From Eledone cirrhosa (lineage: Eukaryota): a stretch of DNA of 64,000 nucleotides. Shown piece after piece: positions 34,294-49,200 of this stretch. A program made the translations under genes and the position numbers. The stretch spans positions 5,270,001 to 5,334,000 of the forward strand of contig OZ024759.1 of the NCBI GenBank assembly GCA_964016885.1. Direction: 5' to 3'. The first letter of the stretch is position 1. Every line of letters starts with the position of its first letter. The notes under the pieces were generated by a model that searched no databases, was not told the DNA's origin, and was given only the letters and a program-made list of their open reading frames with translations.

Positions 34294-37200
34294 GTTTTTA
34301 CCGTGTTGCCTAGACGGCCACATTACAGCGTGGACTGTCTGGCGGGTTTTCTACGGCTGGATGCCCTTCCTAACACCAACCACATTTACAGTGTGGACTG
34401 TCAGGTTTTTACCGTGTTGCCTACACGGCCACATTACAGCGTGGACTGTCTGGCGGGTTTTCTACGGCTGGATGACCTTCCTAACACCAACCACATTTAC
34501 AGTGTGGACTGGGAGGTTTTTACCGTGTTGCCTACAAGGCCACATTACAGCGTGGACTGTCTGGCGGGTTTTCTACGGCTGGATGCCCTTCCTAACACCA
34601 ACCACATTTACATTTTGGACTGGGAGATTTTTACCGTGTTGCCTACACGGCCACATTACAGCATGGACTGTCTGGCGGGTTTTCTACGGCTGGATGCCCT
34701 TCCTAACACCAACCACATTTACAGTGTGGGGCTGGGAGGTTTTTACCGTGTTGCCTACACAGCCACATTACAGCGTGGACTGTCTGGCGGGTTTTCTACA
34801 GCTGGATGCCCTTCCTAACACCAACTACGTTTACAGTGTGGAACTGGGAGGTTTTTACCGTGTTGCCTACACGGCCACATTACAGCGTGGACTGTCTGGC
34901 GGGTTTTCTACGGCTGGATGCCCTTCCTAACACCAACCACATTTACAGTGTGGGCTGGGAGGTTTTTACCGTGTTGCTTACACGGCCACATTACAGCGTG
35001 GACTGTCTGGCGGGTTTTCTACAGCTGGATGCCCTTCCTAACACCAACTATGCTTACAGTGTGGAACTGGGAGGTTTTTCCGTGTTGCCTACACGGCCAC
35101 ATTACAGCGTGGACTGTCTGGCGGGTTTTCTACAGCTGGATGCCCTTCCTAACACCAACCACATTTACAGTGTGGACTGGGAGATTTTTACCGTGGTGCC
35201 CTCACGGCCACATTACATCGTGGACTGTCTGGCGGGTTTTCTACGGCTGGATGCCCTTCCTAACACCAACCACATTTACAGTGTGGGGCTGGGAGGTTTT
35301 TACCGTGTTGCCTACACGGCCACATTACAGCGTGGACTGTCTGGCGGGTTTTCTACGGCTGGATGCCCTTCCTAACACCAACCACATTTACAGTGTGGGC
35401 TGGGAGGTTTTTACCGTGTTGCCTACACGGCCACATTACAGCGTGGACTGTCTGGCGGGTTTTCTACAGCTGGATGCCCTTCCTAACACCAACCACATTT
35501 ACAGTGTGGACTGGGAGATTTTTACCGTGGTGCCTACACGGCCACATTACAGCGTGGACTGTCTGGCGGGTTTTCTACGGCTGGATGCCCTTCCTAACAC
35601 CAACCACATTTACAGTGTGGACTGGGAGGTTTTTACCGTGTTGCCTAGACGGCCACATTACAGCGTGGACTGTCTGGCGGGTTTTCTACGGCTGGATGCC
35701 CTTCCTAACACCAACCACATTTACAGTGTGGACTGTCAGGTTTTTACCGTGTTGCCTACACGGCCACATTACAGCGTGGACTGTCTGGCGGGTTTTCTAC
35801 GGCTGGATGACCTTCCTAACACCAACCACATTTACAGTGTGGACTGGGAGGTTTTTACCGTGTTGCCTACAAGGCCACATTACAGCGTGGACTGTCTGGC
35901 GGGTTTTCTACGGCTGGATGCCCTTCCTAACACCAACCACATTTACATTTTGGACTGGGAGATTTTTACCGTGTTGCCTACACGGCCACATTACAGCATG
36001 GACTGTCTGGCGGGTTTTCTACGGCTGGATGCCCTTCCTAACACCAACCACATTTACAGTGTGGGGCTGGGAGGTTTTTACCGTGTTGCCTACACAGCCA
36101 CATTACAGCGTGGACTGTCTGGCGGGTTTTCTACAGCTGGATGCCCTTCCTAACACCAACTACGTTTACAGTGTGGAACTGGGAGGTTTTTACCGTGTTG
36201 CCTACACGGCCACATTACAGCGTGGACTGTCTGGCGGGTTTTCTACGGCTGGATGCCCTTCCTAACACCAACCACATTTACAGTGTGGACTGGGAGGTTT
36301 TTACCGTGTTGCCTACAAGGCCACATTACAGCGTGGACTGTCTGTCGGGTTTTCTACGGCTGGATGCCCTTCCTAACACCAATCACATTTACAGTGTGGA
36401 CTGGGAGATTTTTACCGTGTTGCCTACACGGCCACATTACAGCGTGGACTGTCTGGCGGGTTTTCTACGGCTGGATGCCCTTCCTAACACCAACTACGTT
36501 TACAGTGTGGAACTGGGAGGTTTTTAGCGTGTTGCCTACACGGCCACATTACAGCGTGGACTGTCTGGCGGGTTTTCTACAGCTGGATGCCCTTCCTAAC
36601 ACCAACCACATTTACAGTGTGGACTGGGAGATTTTTACCGTGTTGCCTACACGGCCACATTACAGCGTGGACTGTCTGGCGGGTTTTCTACGGCTGGATG
36701 CCCTTCCTAACACCAACCACATTTACAGTGTGGACTGGGAGGTTTTTACCGTGTTGCCTACACGGCCACATTACAGCGTGGACTGTCTGGCGGGTTATCT
36801 ACGGCTTGATGCCCTTCCTAACACCAACCACACTTACAGTGTGGACTGGGAGGTTTTTACCGCGTTGCCTACACGGCCACATTACAGCATGGACTGTCTG
36901 GCGGGTTTTCTACGGCTGGATGCCCTTCCTAACACCAACCACATTTACAGTGTGGGGCTGGGAGGTTTTTACCGTGTTGCCTACACAGCCACATTACAGC
37001 GTGGACTGTCTGGCGGGTTTTCTACAGCTGGATGCCCTTCCTAACACCAACTACGTTTACAGTGTGGAACTGGGAGGTTTTTACCGTGTTGCCTACACGG
37101 CCACATTACAGCGTGGACTGTCTGGCGGGTTTTCTACGGCTGGATGCCCTTCCTAACACCAACCACATTTACAGTGTGGGCTGGGAGGTTTTTACCGTGT

Positions 37201-40200
37201 TGCTTACACGGCCACATTACAGCGTGGACTGTCTGGCGGGTTTTCTACAGCTGGATGCCCTTCCTAACACCAACTATGCTTACAGTGTGGAACTGGGAGG
37301 TTTTTCCGTGTTGCCTACACGGCCACATTACAGCGTGGACTGTCTGGCGGGTTTTCTACAGCTGGATGCCCTTCCTAACACCAACCACATTTACAGTGTG
37401 GACTGGGAGATTTTTACCGTGGTGCCCTCACGGCCACATTACATCGTGGACTGTCTGGCGGGTTTTCTACGGCTGGATGCCCTTCCTAACACCAACCACA
37501 TTTACAGTGTGGGGCTGGGAGGTTTTTACCGTGTTGCCTACACGGCCACATTACAGCGTGGACTGTCTGGCGGGTTTTCTACGGCTGGATGCCCTTCCTA
37601 ACACCAACCACATTTACAGTGTGGGCTGGGAGGTTTTTACCGTGTTGCCTACACGGCCACATTACAGCGTGGACTGTCTGGCGGGTTTTCTACAGCTGGA
37701 TGCCCTTCCTAACACCAACCACATTTACAGTGTGGACTGGGAGATTTTTACCGTGGTGCCTACACGGCCACATTACAGCGTGGACTGTCTGGCGGGTTTT
37801 CTACGGCTGGATGCCCTTCCTAACACCAACCACATTTACAGTGTGGACTGGGAGGTTTTTACCGTGTTGCCTAGACGGCCACATTACAGCGTGGACTGTC
37901 TGGCGGGTTTTCTACGGCTGGATGCCCTTCCTAACACCAACCACATTTACAGTGTGGACTGTCAGGTTTTTACCGTGTTGCCTACACGGCCACATTACAG
38001 CGTGGACTGTCTGGCGGGTTTTCTACGGCTGGATGACCTTCCTAACACCAACCACATTTACAGTGTGGACTGGGAGGTTTTTACCGTGTTGCCTACAAGG
38101 CCACATTACAGCGTGGACTGTCTGGCGGGTTTTCTACGGCTGGATGCCCTTCCTAACACCAACCACATTTACATTTTGGACTGGTAGATTTTTACCGTGT
38201 TGCCTACACGGCCACATTACAGCGTGGACTGACTGGCGGGTTTTCTACAGCTGGATGCTCTTCCTAACACCAACCACATTTACAGTGTGGACTGGGAGAT
38301 TTTTACCGTGTTGCCTACACGGCCACATTACAGCGTGGACTATCTGGCGGGTTTTCTACGGCTGGATGCCCTTCCTAACACCAACCACATTTAGTGTGTG
38401 GTTGCGAGGTTTTTACCGTGTTGCCTACACGGCCACATTACAGCGTGGACTGTCTGGCGGGTTTTCTACGGCTGGATGCCCTTCCTAACACCAACCACAT
38501 TTACAGTGTGGGGCTGGGAGGTTTTTACCGTGTTGCCTACACGGCCACATTACAGCGTGGACTGTCTGGCGGGTTTTCTACGGCTGGATGCCCTTCCTAA
38601 CACCAACCACATTTACAGTGTGGGCTGGGAGGTTTTTACCGTGTTGCCTACACGGCCACATTACAGCGTGGACTGTCTGGCGGGTTTTCTACAGCTGGAT
38701 GCCCTTCCTAACACCAACCACATTTACAGTGTGGACTGGGAGATTTTTACCGTGTTGCCTACACGGCCACGTTACAGCGTGGACTGTCTGGCGGGTTTTC
38801 TACGGCTGGATGCCCTTCCTAACACCAACTACGTTTACAGTGTGGAACTGGGAGGTTTTTAGCGTGTTGCCTACACGGCCACATTACAGCGTGGACTGTC
38901 TGGCGGGTTTTCTACAGCTGGATGCCCTTCCTAACACCAACCACATTTACAGTGTGGACTGGGAGATTTTTACCGTGTTGCCTACACGGCCACATTACAG
39001 CGTGGACTGTCTGGCGGGTTTTCTACGGCTGGATGCCCTTCCTAACACCAACCACATTTACAGTGTGGACTGGGAGGTTTTTACCGTGTTGCCTACACGG
39101 CCACATTACAGCGTGGACTGTCTGGCGGGTTATCTACGGCTGGATGCCCTTCCTAACACCAACCACATTTACAGTGTGGACTGGGAGGTTTTTACCGCGT
39201 TGCCTACACGGCCACATTACAGCGTGGACTGTCTGGCGGGTTTTCTACGGCTGGATGCCCTTCCTAACACCAACCACATTTACAGTGTGGGGCTGGGAGG
39301 TTTTTACCGTGTTGCCTACACAGCCACATTACAGCGTGGACTGTCTGGCGGGTTTTCTACAGCTGGATGCCCTTCCTAACACCAACTACGTTTACAGTGT
39401 GGAACTGGGTGGTTTTTACCGTGTTGCCTACACGGCCACATTACAGCGTGGACTGTCTGGCGGGTTTTCTACGGCTGGATGCCCTTCCTAACACCAACCA
39501 CATTTACAGTGTGGGCTGGGAGGTTTTTACCGTGTTGCTTACACGGCCACATTACAGCGTGGACTGTCTGGCGGGTTTTCTACAGCTGGATGCCCTTCCT
39601 AACACCAACTACGCTTACAGTGTGGAACTGGGAGGTTTTTTCCGTGTTGCCTACACGGCCACATTACAGCGTGGACTGTCTGGCGGGTTTTCTACAGCTG
39701 GATGCCCTTCCTAACACCAACCACATTTACAGTGTGGACTGGGAGATTTTTACCGTGTTGCCTACACGGCCACATTACAGCGTGGACTGCCTGGCGGGTT
39801 TTCTACGGCTGGATGCCCTTCCTAACACCAACCACATTTACAGTGTGGACTGGGAGGTTTTTACCGTGTTGCCTACACGGCCACATTACAGCGGGGACTG
39901 TCTGGCGGGTTTTCTACGGCTGGATGCTCTTCCTAACACCAACCACATTTACAGTGTGGACTGGGAGGTTTTTACCGTGTTGCCTACAAGGCCACATTAC
40001 AGCGTGGACTGTCTGGCGGGTTTTCTACGGCTGGATGCCCTTCCTAACACCAACCACATTTCATTGTGGACTGGGAGATTTTTACCGTGTTGCCTACACG
40101 GCCACATTACAGCGTGGACTGACTGGCGGATTTTCTACAGCTGGATGCTCTTCCTAACACCAACCACATTTACAGTGTGGACTGGGAGATTTTTACCGTG

Positions 40201-43200
40201 TTGCCTACACGGCCACATTACAGCGTGGACTGTCTGGCGGGTTTTCTACGGCTGGATGCCCTTCCTAACACCAACCACATTTACAGTGTGGGCTGGGAGG
40301 TTTTTACCGTGTTGCCTACACGGCCACAATACAGCGTGGACTGTCTGGCGGGTTTTCTACAGCTGGATGCCCTTCCTAACACCAACTACGGTTACAGTGT
40401 GGAACTGGGAGGTTTTTTCCGTGTTGCCTACACGGCCACATTACAGCGTGGACTGTCTGGCGGGTTTTCTACAGCTGGATGCCCTTCCTAACACCAACCA
40501 CATTTACAGTGTGGACTGGGAGATTTTTACCGTGTTGCCTACACGGCCACATTACAGCGTGGACTGTCTGGCGGGTTTTCTACGGCTGGATGCCCTCCCT
40601 AACACCAACCACATTTACAGTGTGGACTGGGAGGTTTTTACCGTGTTGCCTACACGGCCACATTACAGCGTGGACTGTCTGGCTGGTTTTCTACGGCTGG
40701 ATGCCATTCCTAACACCAACCACATTTACAGTGTGGACTGGGAGGTTTTTACCCTGTTGCCTACAAGGCCACATTACAGCGTGGACTGTCTGGCGGGTTT
40801 TCTACGGCTGGATGCCCTTCCTAACACCAACCACATTTACATTGTGGACTGGGAGATTTTTACCGTGTTGCCTACACGGCCACATTACAGCGTGGACTGA
40901 CTGGCGGGTTTTCTACAGCTGGATGCTCTTCCTAACACCAACCACATTTACAGTGTGGACTGGGAGATTTTTACCGTGTTGCCTACACGGCCACATTACA
41001 GCGTGGACTATCTGGCGGGTTTTCTACGGCTGGATGCCCTTCCTAACACCAACCACATTTAGTGTGTGGTTGCGAGGTTTTTACCGTGTTGCCTACACGG
41101 CCACATTACAGCGTGGACTGTCTGGCGGGTTTTCTACGGCTGGATGCCCTTCCTAACACCAACTACGTTTACAGTGTGGAACTGGGAGGTTTTTAGCGTG
41201 TTGCCTACACGGCCACATTACAGCGTGGACTGTCTGGCGGGTTTTCTACAGCTGGATACCCTTCCTAACACCAACCACATTTACAGTGTGGACTGGGAGA
41301 TTTTTACCGTGTTGCCTACACGGCCACATTACAGCGTGGACTGTCTGGCGGGTTTTCTACGGCTGGATGCCCTTCCTAACACCAACCACATTTACAGTGT
41401 GGACTGGGAGGTTTTTACCGTGTTGCCTACACGGCCACATTACAGCGTGGACTGTCTGGCGGGTTATCTACGGCTGGATGCCCTTCCTAACACCAACCAC
41501 ATTTACAGTGTGGACTGGGAGGTTTTTACCGCGTTGCCTACACGGCCACATTACAGCGTGGACTGTCTGGCGGGTTTTCTACGGCTGGATGCCCTTCCTA
41601 ACACCAACCACATTTACAGTGTGGGGCTGGGAGGTTTTTACCGTGTTGCCTACACAGCCACATTACAGCGTGGACTGTCTGGCGGGTTTTCTACAGCTGG
41701 ATGCCCTTCCTAACACCAACTACGTTTACAGTGTGGAACTGGGAGGTTTTTACCGTGTTGCCTACACGGCCACATTACAGCGTGGACTGTCTGGCGGGTT
41801 TTCTACGGCTGGATGCCCTTCCTAACACCAACCACATTTAGTGTGTGGGGCTGGGAGGTTTTTACCGTGTTGCCTGCACAGCCACATTACAGCGTGGACT
41901 GTCTGGCGGGTTTTCTACAGCTGGATGCCCTTCCTAACACCAACTACGCTTACAGTGTGGAACTGGGAGGTTTTTTCCGTGTTGCCTACACGGCCACATT
42001 ACAGCGTGGACTGTCTGGCGGGTTTTCTACAGCTGGATGCCCTTCCTAACATCAACCACATTTACAGTGTGGACTGGGAGGTTTTACCGTGTTGCCTACA
42101 CGGCCACATTACAGCGTGGACTGTCTGGCGGGTTTTCTACGGCTGGATGCCCTTCCTAACACCAACCACATTTACAGTGTGGACTGGGAGGTTTTTACCG
42201 TGTTGCCTACACGGCCACATTACAGCGTGGACTGTCTGGCGGGTTTTCTACGGCTGGATGCCCTTCGTAACACCAACCACATTTACAGTGTGGGGCTGGG
42301 AGGTTTTTACCGTGTTGCCTACACGGCCACATTACAGCGTGGACTGTCTGGCGGGTTTTCTACAGCTGGATGCCCTTCCTAACACCAACCACATTTACAG
42401 TGTGGACTGGGAGATTTTTACCGTGTTGCCTACACGGCCACATTACAGCGTGGACTGCCTGGCGGGTTTTCTACGGCTGGATGCCCTTCCTAACACCAAC
42501 CACATTTACAGTGTGGACTGGGAGGTTTTTACCGTGTTGCCTACACGGCCACATTACAGCGTGGACTGTCTGGCGGGTTTTCTACGGCTGGATGCTCTTC
42601 CTAACACCAACCACATTTACAGTGTGGACTGGGAGGTTTTTACCGTGTTGCCTACAAGGCCACATTACAGCGTGGACTGTCTGGCGGGTTTTCTACGGCT
42701 GGATGCCCTTCCTAACACCAACCACATTTCATTGTGGACTGGGAGATTTTTACCGTGTTGCCTACACGGCCACATTACAGCGTGGACTGACTGGCGGATT
42801 TTCTACAGCTGGATGCTCTTCCTAACACCAACCACATTTACAGTGTGGACTGGGAGATTTTTACCGTGTTGCCTACACGGCCACATTACAGCGTGGACTG
42901 TCTGGCGGGTTTTCTACGGCTGGATGCCCTTCCTAACACCAACCACATTTACAGTGTGGGCTGGGAGGTTTTTACCGTGTTGCCTACACGGCCACAATAC
43001 AGCGTGGACTGTCTGGCGGGTTTTCTACAGCTGGATGCCCTTCCTAACACCAACCACATTTACAGTGTGGACTGGGAGATTTTTACCGTGTTGCCTACAC
43101 GGCCACATTACAGCGTGGACTGTCTGGCGGGTTTTCTACGGCTGGATGCCCTCCCTAACACCAACCACATTTACAGTGTGGACTGGGAGGTTTTTACCGT

Positions 43201-46200
43201 GTTGCCTACACGGCCACATTACAGCGTGGACTGTCTGGCTGGTTTTCTACGGCTGGATGCCATTCCTAACACCAACCACATTTACAGTGTGGACTGGGAG
43301 GTTTTTACCGTGTTGCCTACAAGGCCACATTACAGCGTGGACTGTCTGGCGGGTTTTCTACGGCTGGATGCCCTTCCTAGCACCAACCACATTTACATTG
43401 TGGACTGGGAGATTTTTACCGTGTTGCCTACACGGCCACATTACAGCGTGGACTGACTGGCGGGTTTTCTACAGCTGGATGCTCTTCCTAACACCAACCA
43501 CATTTACAGTGTGGACTGGGAGATTTTTACCGTGTTGCCTACACGGCCACATTACAGCGTGGACTGTCTGGCGGGTCTTCTACGGCTGGATGCCCTTCCT
43601 AACACCAACCACATTTAGTGTGGAGTTGGGAGGTTTTTACCGTGTTGCCTACACGGCCACATTACAGCGTGGTCTGTCTGGCGGGTTTTCTACGGCTGGA
43701 TGCCCTTCCTAACACCAAGCACATTTACAGTGTGGGCTGGGAGGTTTTTACCGTGTTGCCTACACGGCCACATTACAGCGTGGACTGTATGGCGGGCTTT
43801 CTACGGCTGGATGCCCTTCCTAACACCAACCACATTTACATTGTGGACTGGGAGATTTTTACCGTGTTGCATACACGGCCACATTACAGCGTGGACTGAC
43901 TGGCGGGTTTTCTACAGCTGGATGCTCTTCCTAACACCAACCACATTTACAGTGTGGACTGGGAGATTTTTACCGTGTTGCCTACACGGCCACATTACAG
44001 CGTGGACTGTCTGGCGGGTTTTCTACGGCTGGATGCCCTTCCTAACACCAACCACATTTACAGTGTGGGGCTGGGAGGTTTTTACCGTGTTGCCTACACG
44101 GCCACATTACAGCGTGGACTGTCTGGCGGGTTTTCTACGGCTGGATGCCCTTCCTAACACCAACCACATTTACAGTGTGGGCTGGGAGGTTTTTACCGTG
44201 TTGCCTACACGGCCACATTACAGCGTGGACTGTCTGGCGGGTTTTCTACAGCTGGATGCCCTTCCTAACACCAACCACATTTACAGTGTGGACTGGGAGA
44301 TTTTACCGTGGTGCCTACACGGCCACATTACAGCGTGGACTGTCTGGCGGGTTTTCTACGGCTGGATGCCCTTCCTAACACCAACCACATTTACAGTGTG
44401 GACTGGGAGGTTTTTACCGTGTTGCCTACACGGCCACATTACAGCGTGGACTGTCTGGCGGGTTTTTTACGGCTGGATGCCCTTCCTAACACCAACCACA
44501 TTTACAGTGTGGACTGGGAGATTTTTACCGTGTTGCCTACACGGCCACATTACAGCGTGGACTGTCTGGCGGGTTTTCTACGGCTGGATGCCCTTCCTAA
44601 CACCAACCACATTTACAGTGTGGGCTGGGAGGTTTTTACCGTGTTGCCTACACGGCCACAATACAGCGTGGACTGTCTGGCGGGTTTTCTACAGCTGGAT
44701 GCCCTTCCTAACACCAACTACGGTTACAGTGTGGAACTGGGAGGTTTTTTCCGTGTTGCCTACACGGCCACATTACAGCGTGGACTGTCTGGCGGGTTTT
44801 CTACAGCTGGATGCCCTTCCTAACACCAACCACATTTACAGTGTGGACTGGGAGATTTTTACCGTGTTGCCTACACGGCCACATTACAGCGTGGACTGTC
44901 TGGCGGGTTTTCTACGGCTGGATGCCCTTCCTAACACCAACCACATTTACAGTGTGGACTGGGAGGTTTTTACCGTGTTGCCTACACGGCCACATTACAG
45001 CGTGGACTGTCTGGCTGGTTTTCTACGGCTGGATGCCATTCCTAACACCAACCACATTTACAGTGTGGACTGGGATGTTTTTACCGTGTTGCCTACACGG
45101 CCACATTACAGCGTGGACTGTCTGGCGGGTTTTCTACGGCTGGATGCCATTCCTAACACCAACCACATTTACAGTGTGGACTGGGAGGTTTTTACCGTGT
45201 TGCCTACAAGGCCACATTACAGCGTGGACTGTCTGGCGGGTTTTCTACGGCTGGATGCCCTTCCTAACACCAACCACATTTACATTGTGGACTGGGAGAT
45301 TTTTACCGTGTTGCCTACACGGCCACATTACAGCGTGGACTGACTGGCGGGTTTTCTACAGCTGGATGCCCTTCCTAACACCAACCACATTTACAGTGTG
45401 GACTGGGAGGTTTTTACCGTGTTGCCTACACGGCCACATTACAGCGTGGACTGTCTGGCGGGTTTTCTACGGCTGGATGCCCTTCCTAACACCAACCACA
45501 TTTACAGTGTGGACTGGGAGATTTTTACCGTGTTGCCTACACGGCCACATTACAGTGTGGATGTCTGGCGGGTTTTCTACGGCTGGATGCCCTTCCTAAC
45601 ACGAACTACGTTTACAGTGTCTAACTGGGAGGTTTTTACCGTGTTGCCTACACGGCCACATTACAGCGTGGACTGTCTGGCGGGTTTTCTACGGCTGGAT
45701 GCCCTTCCTAACACCAACCACATTTACAGTGTGGGCTGGGAGGTTTTTACCGTGTTGCCTACACGGCCACAATACAGCGTGGACTGTCTGGCGGGTTTTC
45801 TACAGCTGGATGCCCTTCCTAACACCAACTACGGTTACAGTGTGGAACTGGGAGGTTTTTTCCGTGTTGCCTACACGGCCACATTACAGCGTGGACTGTC
45901 TGGCGGGTTTTCTACAGCTGGATGCCCTTCCTAACACCAACCACATTTACAGTGTGGACTGGGAGATTTTTACCGTGTTGCCTACACGGCCACATTACAG
46001 CGTGGACTGTCTGGCGGGTTTTCTATGGCTGGATGCCCTTCCTAACACCAACCACATTTACAGTGTGGACTGGGAGGTTTTTACCGTGTTGCCTACACGG
46101 CCACATTACAGCGTGGACTGTCTGGCGGGTTTTCTACGGCTGGATGCCATTCCTAACACCAACCACATTTACAGTGTGGACTGGGAGGTTTTTACCGTGT

Positions 46201-49200
46201 TGCCTACAAGGCCACATTACAGCGTGGACTGTCTGGCGGGTTTTCTACGGCTGGATGCCCTTCCTAACACCAACCACATTTACATTGTGGACTGGGAGAT
46301 TTTTACCGTGTTGCCTACACGGCCACATTACAGCGTGGACTGACTGGCGGGTTTTCTACAGCTGGATGCCCTTCCTAACACCAACCACATTTACAGTGTG
46401 GACTGGGAGATTTTTACCGTGTTGCCTACACGGCCACATTACAGCGTGGACTGTCTGGCGGGTCTTCTACGGCTGGATGCCCTTCCTAACACCAACCACA
46501 TTTAGTGTGGGGTTGGGAGGTTTTTACCGTGTTGCCTACACGGCCACATTACAGCGTGGACTGTCTGGCGGGTTTTCTACGGCTGGATGCCCTTCCTAAC
46601 ACCAACCACATTTACAGTGTGGGCTGGGAGGTTTTTACCGTGTTGCCTACACGGCCACATTACAGCGTGGACTGTCTGGCGGGTTTTCTACGGCTGGATG
46701 CCCTTCCTAACACCAACCAGATTTAGTGTGGGTTTGCGAGGTTTTTACCGTGTTGCCTACACGGCCACATTACAGCGTGGACTCTCTGGCGGGTTTTCTA
46801 CGGCTGGATGCCCTTCCTAACTCCAACCACATTTACAGTGTGGGGCTGGGAGGTTTTTACCGTGTTGCCTACACGGCCACATTACAGCGTGGACTGTCTG
46901 GCGGGTTTTCTACAGCTGGATGCCCTTCCTAACACCAACCAGATTTACATTGTGGCGCTGGGAGGTTTTTACCGTGTTGCCTACACGCCCACATTACAGC
47001 ATGGACTGTCTGGCGGGTTTTCTACAGCTGGATGCTCTTCCTAACACCAACCGCATTTACAGTGTGGACTGAGAGGTTTTTACCGTGTTGCCTACACGGC
47101 CACATTACAGCGTGGACTGTCTGGCGGGTTTTCTACGGCTGGATGCCCTTCCTAACACCAACCACATTTACAGTGTGGGCTGGGAGGTTTTTACCGTGTT
47201 GCCTACACGGCCACATTACAGCGTGGACTGTCTGGCGGGTTTTCTACAGCTGGATGCCCTTCCTAACACCAACTACGCTTACAGTGTGGAACTGGGAGGT
47301 TTTTTCCGTGTTGCCTACACGGCCACATTACAGCGTGGACTGTCTGGCGGGTTTTCTACAGCTGGATGCCCTTCCTAACACCAACCACATTTACAGTGTG
47401 GACTGGGAGATTTTTACCGTGTTGCCTACACGGCCACATTACAGCGTGGACTGTCTGGCGGGTTTTCTACGGCTGGATGCCCTTCCTAACACCAACCACA
47501 TTTACAGTGTGGACTGGGAGGTTTTTACCGTGTTGCCTACACGGCCACATTACAGCGTGGACTGTCTGGCGGGTTTTCTACGGCTGGATGCCCTTCCTAA
47601 CACAACCACATTTACAGTGTGGACTGGGAGGTTTTTACCGTGTTGCCTACAAGGCCACATTACAGCGTGGACTGTCTGGCGGGTTTTCTACGGCTGGATG
47701 CCCTTCCTAACACCAACCACATTTACAGTGTGGAATGGGAGATTTTTACCGTGTTGCCTACACGGCCACATTACAGCGTGGACTGACTGGCGGGTTTTCT
47801 ACAGCTGGATGCTCTTCCTAACACCAACCACATTTACAGTGTGGACTGGGAGATTTTTACCGTGTTGCCTACACGGCCACATTACAGCGTGGACTGTCTG
47901 GCCGGTCTTCTACGGCTGGATGCCCTTCCTAACATCAACCACATTTAGTGTGGGGTTGCGAGGTTTTTACCGTGTTGCCTACACGGCCACATTACAGCGT
48001 GGACTGTCTGGCGGGTTTTCTACGGCTGGATGCCCTTCCTAACACCAACCACATTTACAGTGTGGGGATGGGAAGTTTTTAGCGTGTTGCCTACACGGCC
48101 ACATTACAGCGTGGACTGTCTGGCAGGTTTTCTACAGCTGGATGCCCTTCCTAACACCAACCACATTTACAGTGTGGACTGGGAGATTTTTACCGTGTTG
48201 CCTACACGGCCACATTACAGCGTGGACTGTCTGGCGGGTTTTCTATGGCTGGATGCCCTTCCTAACACCAACCACATTTACAGTGTGGACTGGGATGTTT
48301 TTACCGTGTTGCCTACACGGCCACATTACAGCGTGGACTGTCTGGCGGGTTTTCTACGGCTGGATGCCCTTCCTAACACCAACCAGATTTAGTGTGGGGT
48401 TGCGAGATTTTTACCGTGTTGCCTACACGGCCACATTACAGCGTGGACTGTCTGGCGGGTTTTCTACGGCTGGATGCCCTTCCTAACACCAACCACATTT
48501 ACAGTGTGGGCTGGGAGGTTTTTACCGTGTTGCCTACACGGCCACATTACAGCGTGGACTGTCTGGCGGGTTTTCTACGGCTGGATGCCCTTCCTAACAC
48601 CAACCAGATTTAGTGTGGGGTTGCGAGGTTTTTACCGTGTTGCCTACACGGCCACATTACAGCGTGGACTCTCTGGCGGGTTTTCTACGGCTGGATGCCC
48701 TTCCTAACTCCAACCACATTTACAGTGTGGGGCTGGGAGGTTTTTACCGTGTTGCCTACACGGCCACATTACAGCGTGGACTGTCTGGCGGGTTTTCTAC
48801 AGCTGGATGCCCTTCCTAACACCAACCAGATTTACAGTGTGGCGCTGGGAGGTTTTTACCGTGTTGCCTACACGACCACATTACAGCATGGACTGTCTGG
48901 CGGGTTTTCTACGGCTAGATGCACTTCCTAACACCAACCGCATTTACAGTGTGGACTGAGAGGTTTTTACCGTGTTGCCTACACGGCCACATTACAGCGT
49001 GGACTGTCTGGCGGGTTTTCTACGGCTGGATGCCCTTCCTAACACCAACCACATTTACAGTGTGGGCTGGGAGGTTTTTACTGTGTTGCCTACACGGCCA
49101 CATTACAGCGTGGACTGTCTGGCGGGTTTTCTACAGCTGGATGCCCTTCCTAACACCAACCACATTTAGTGTGGGGTTGCGAGGTTTTTACCGTGTTGCC

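Noticed and set aside
34000-34300. Direct junction between unique DNA and the satellite
   Set aside because: A 200-N scaffold gap intervenes, so adjacency and the true array edge cannot be read.
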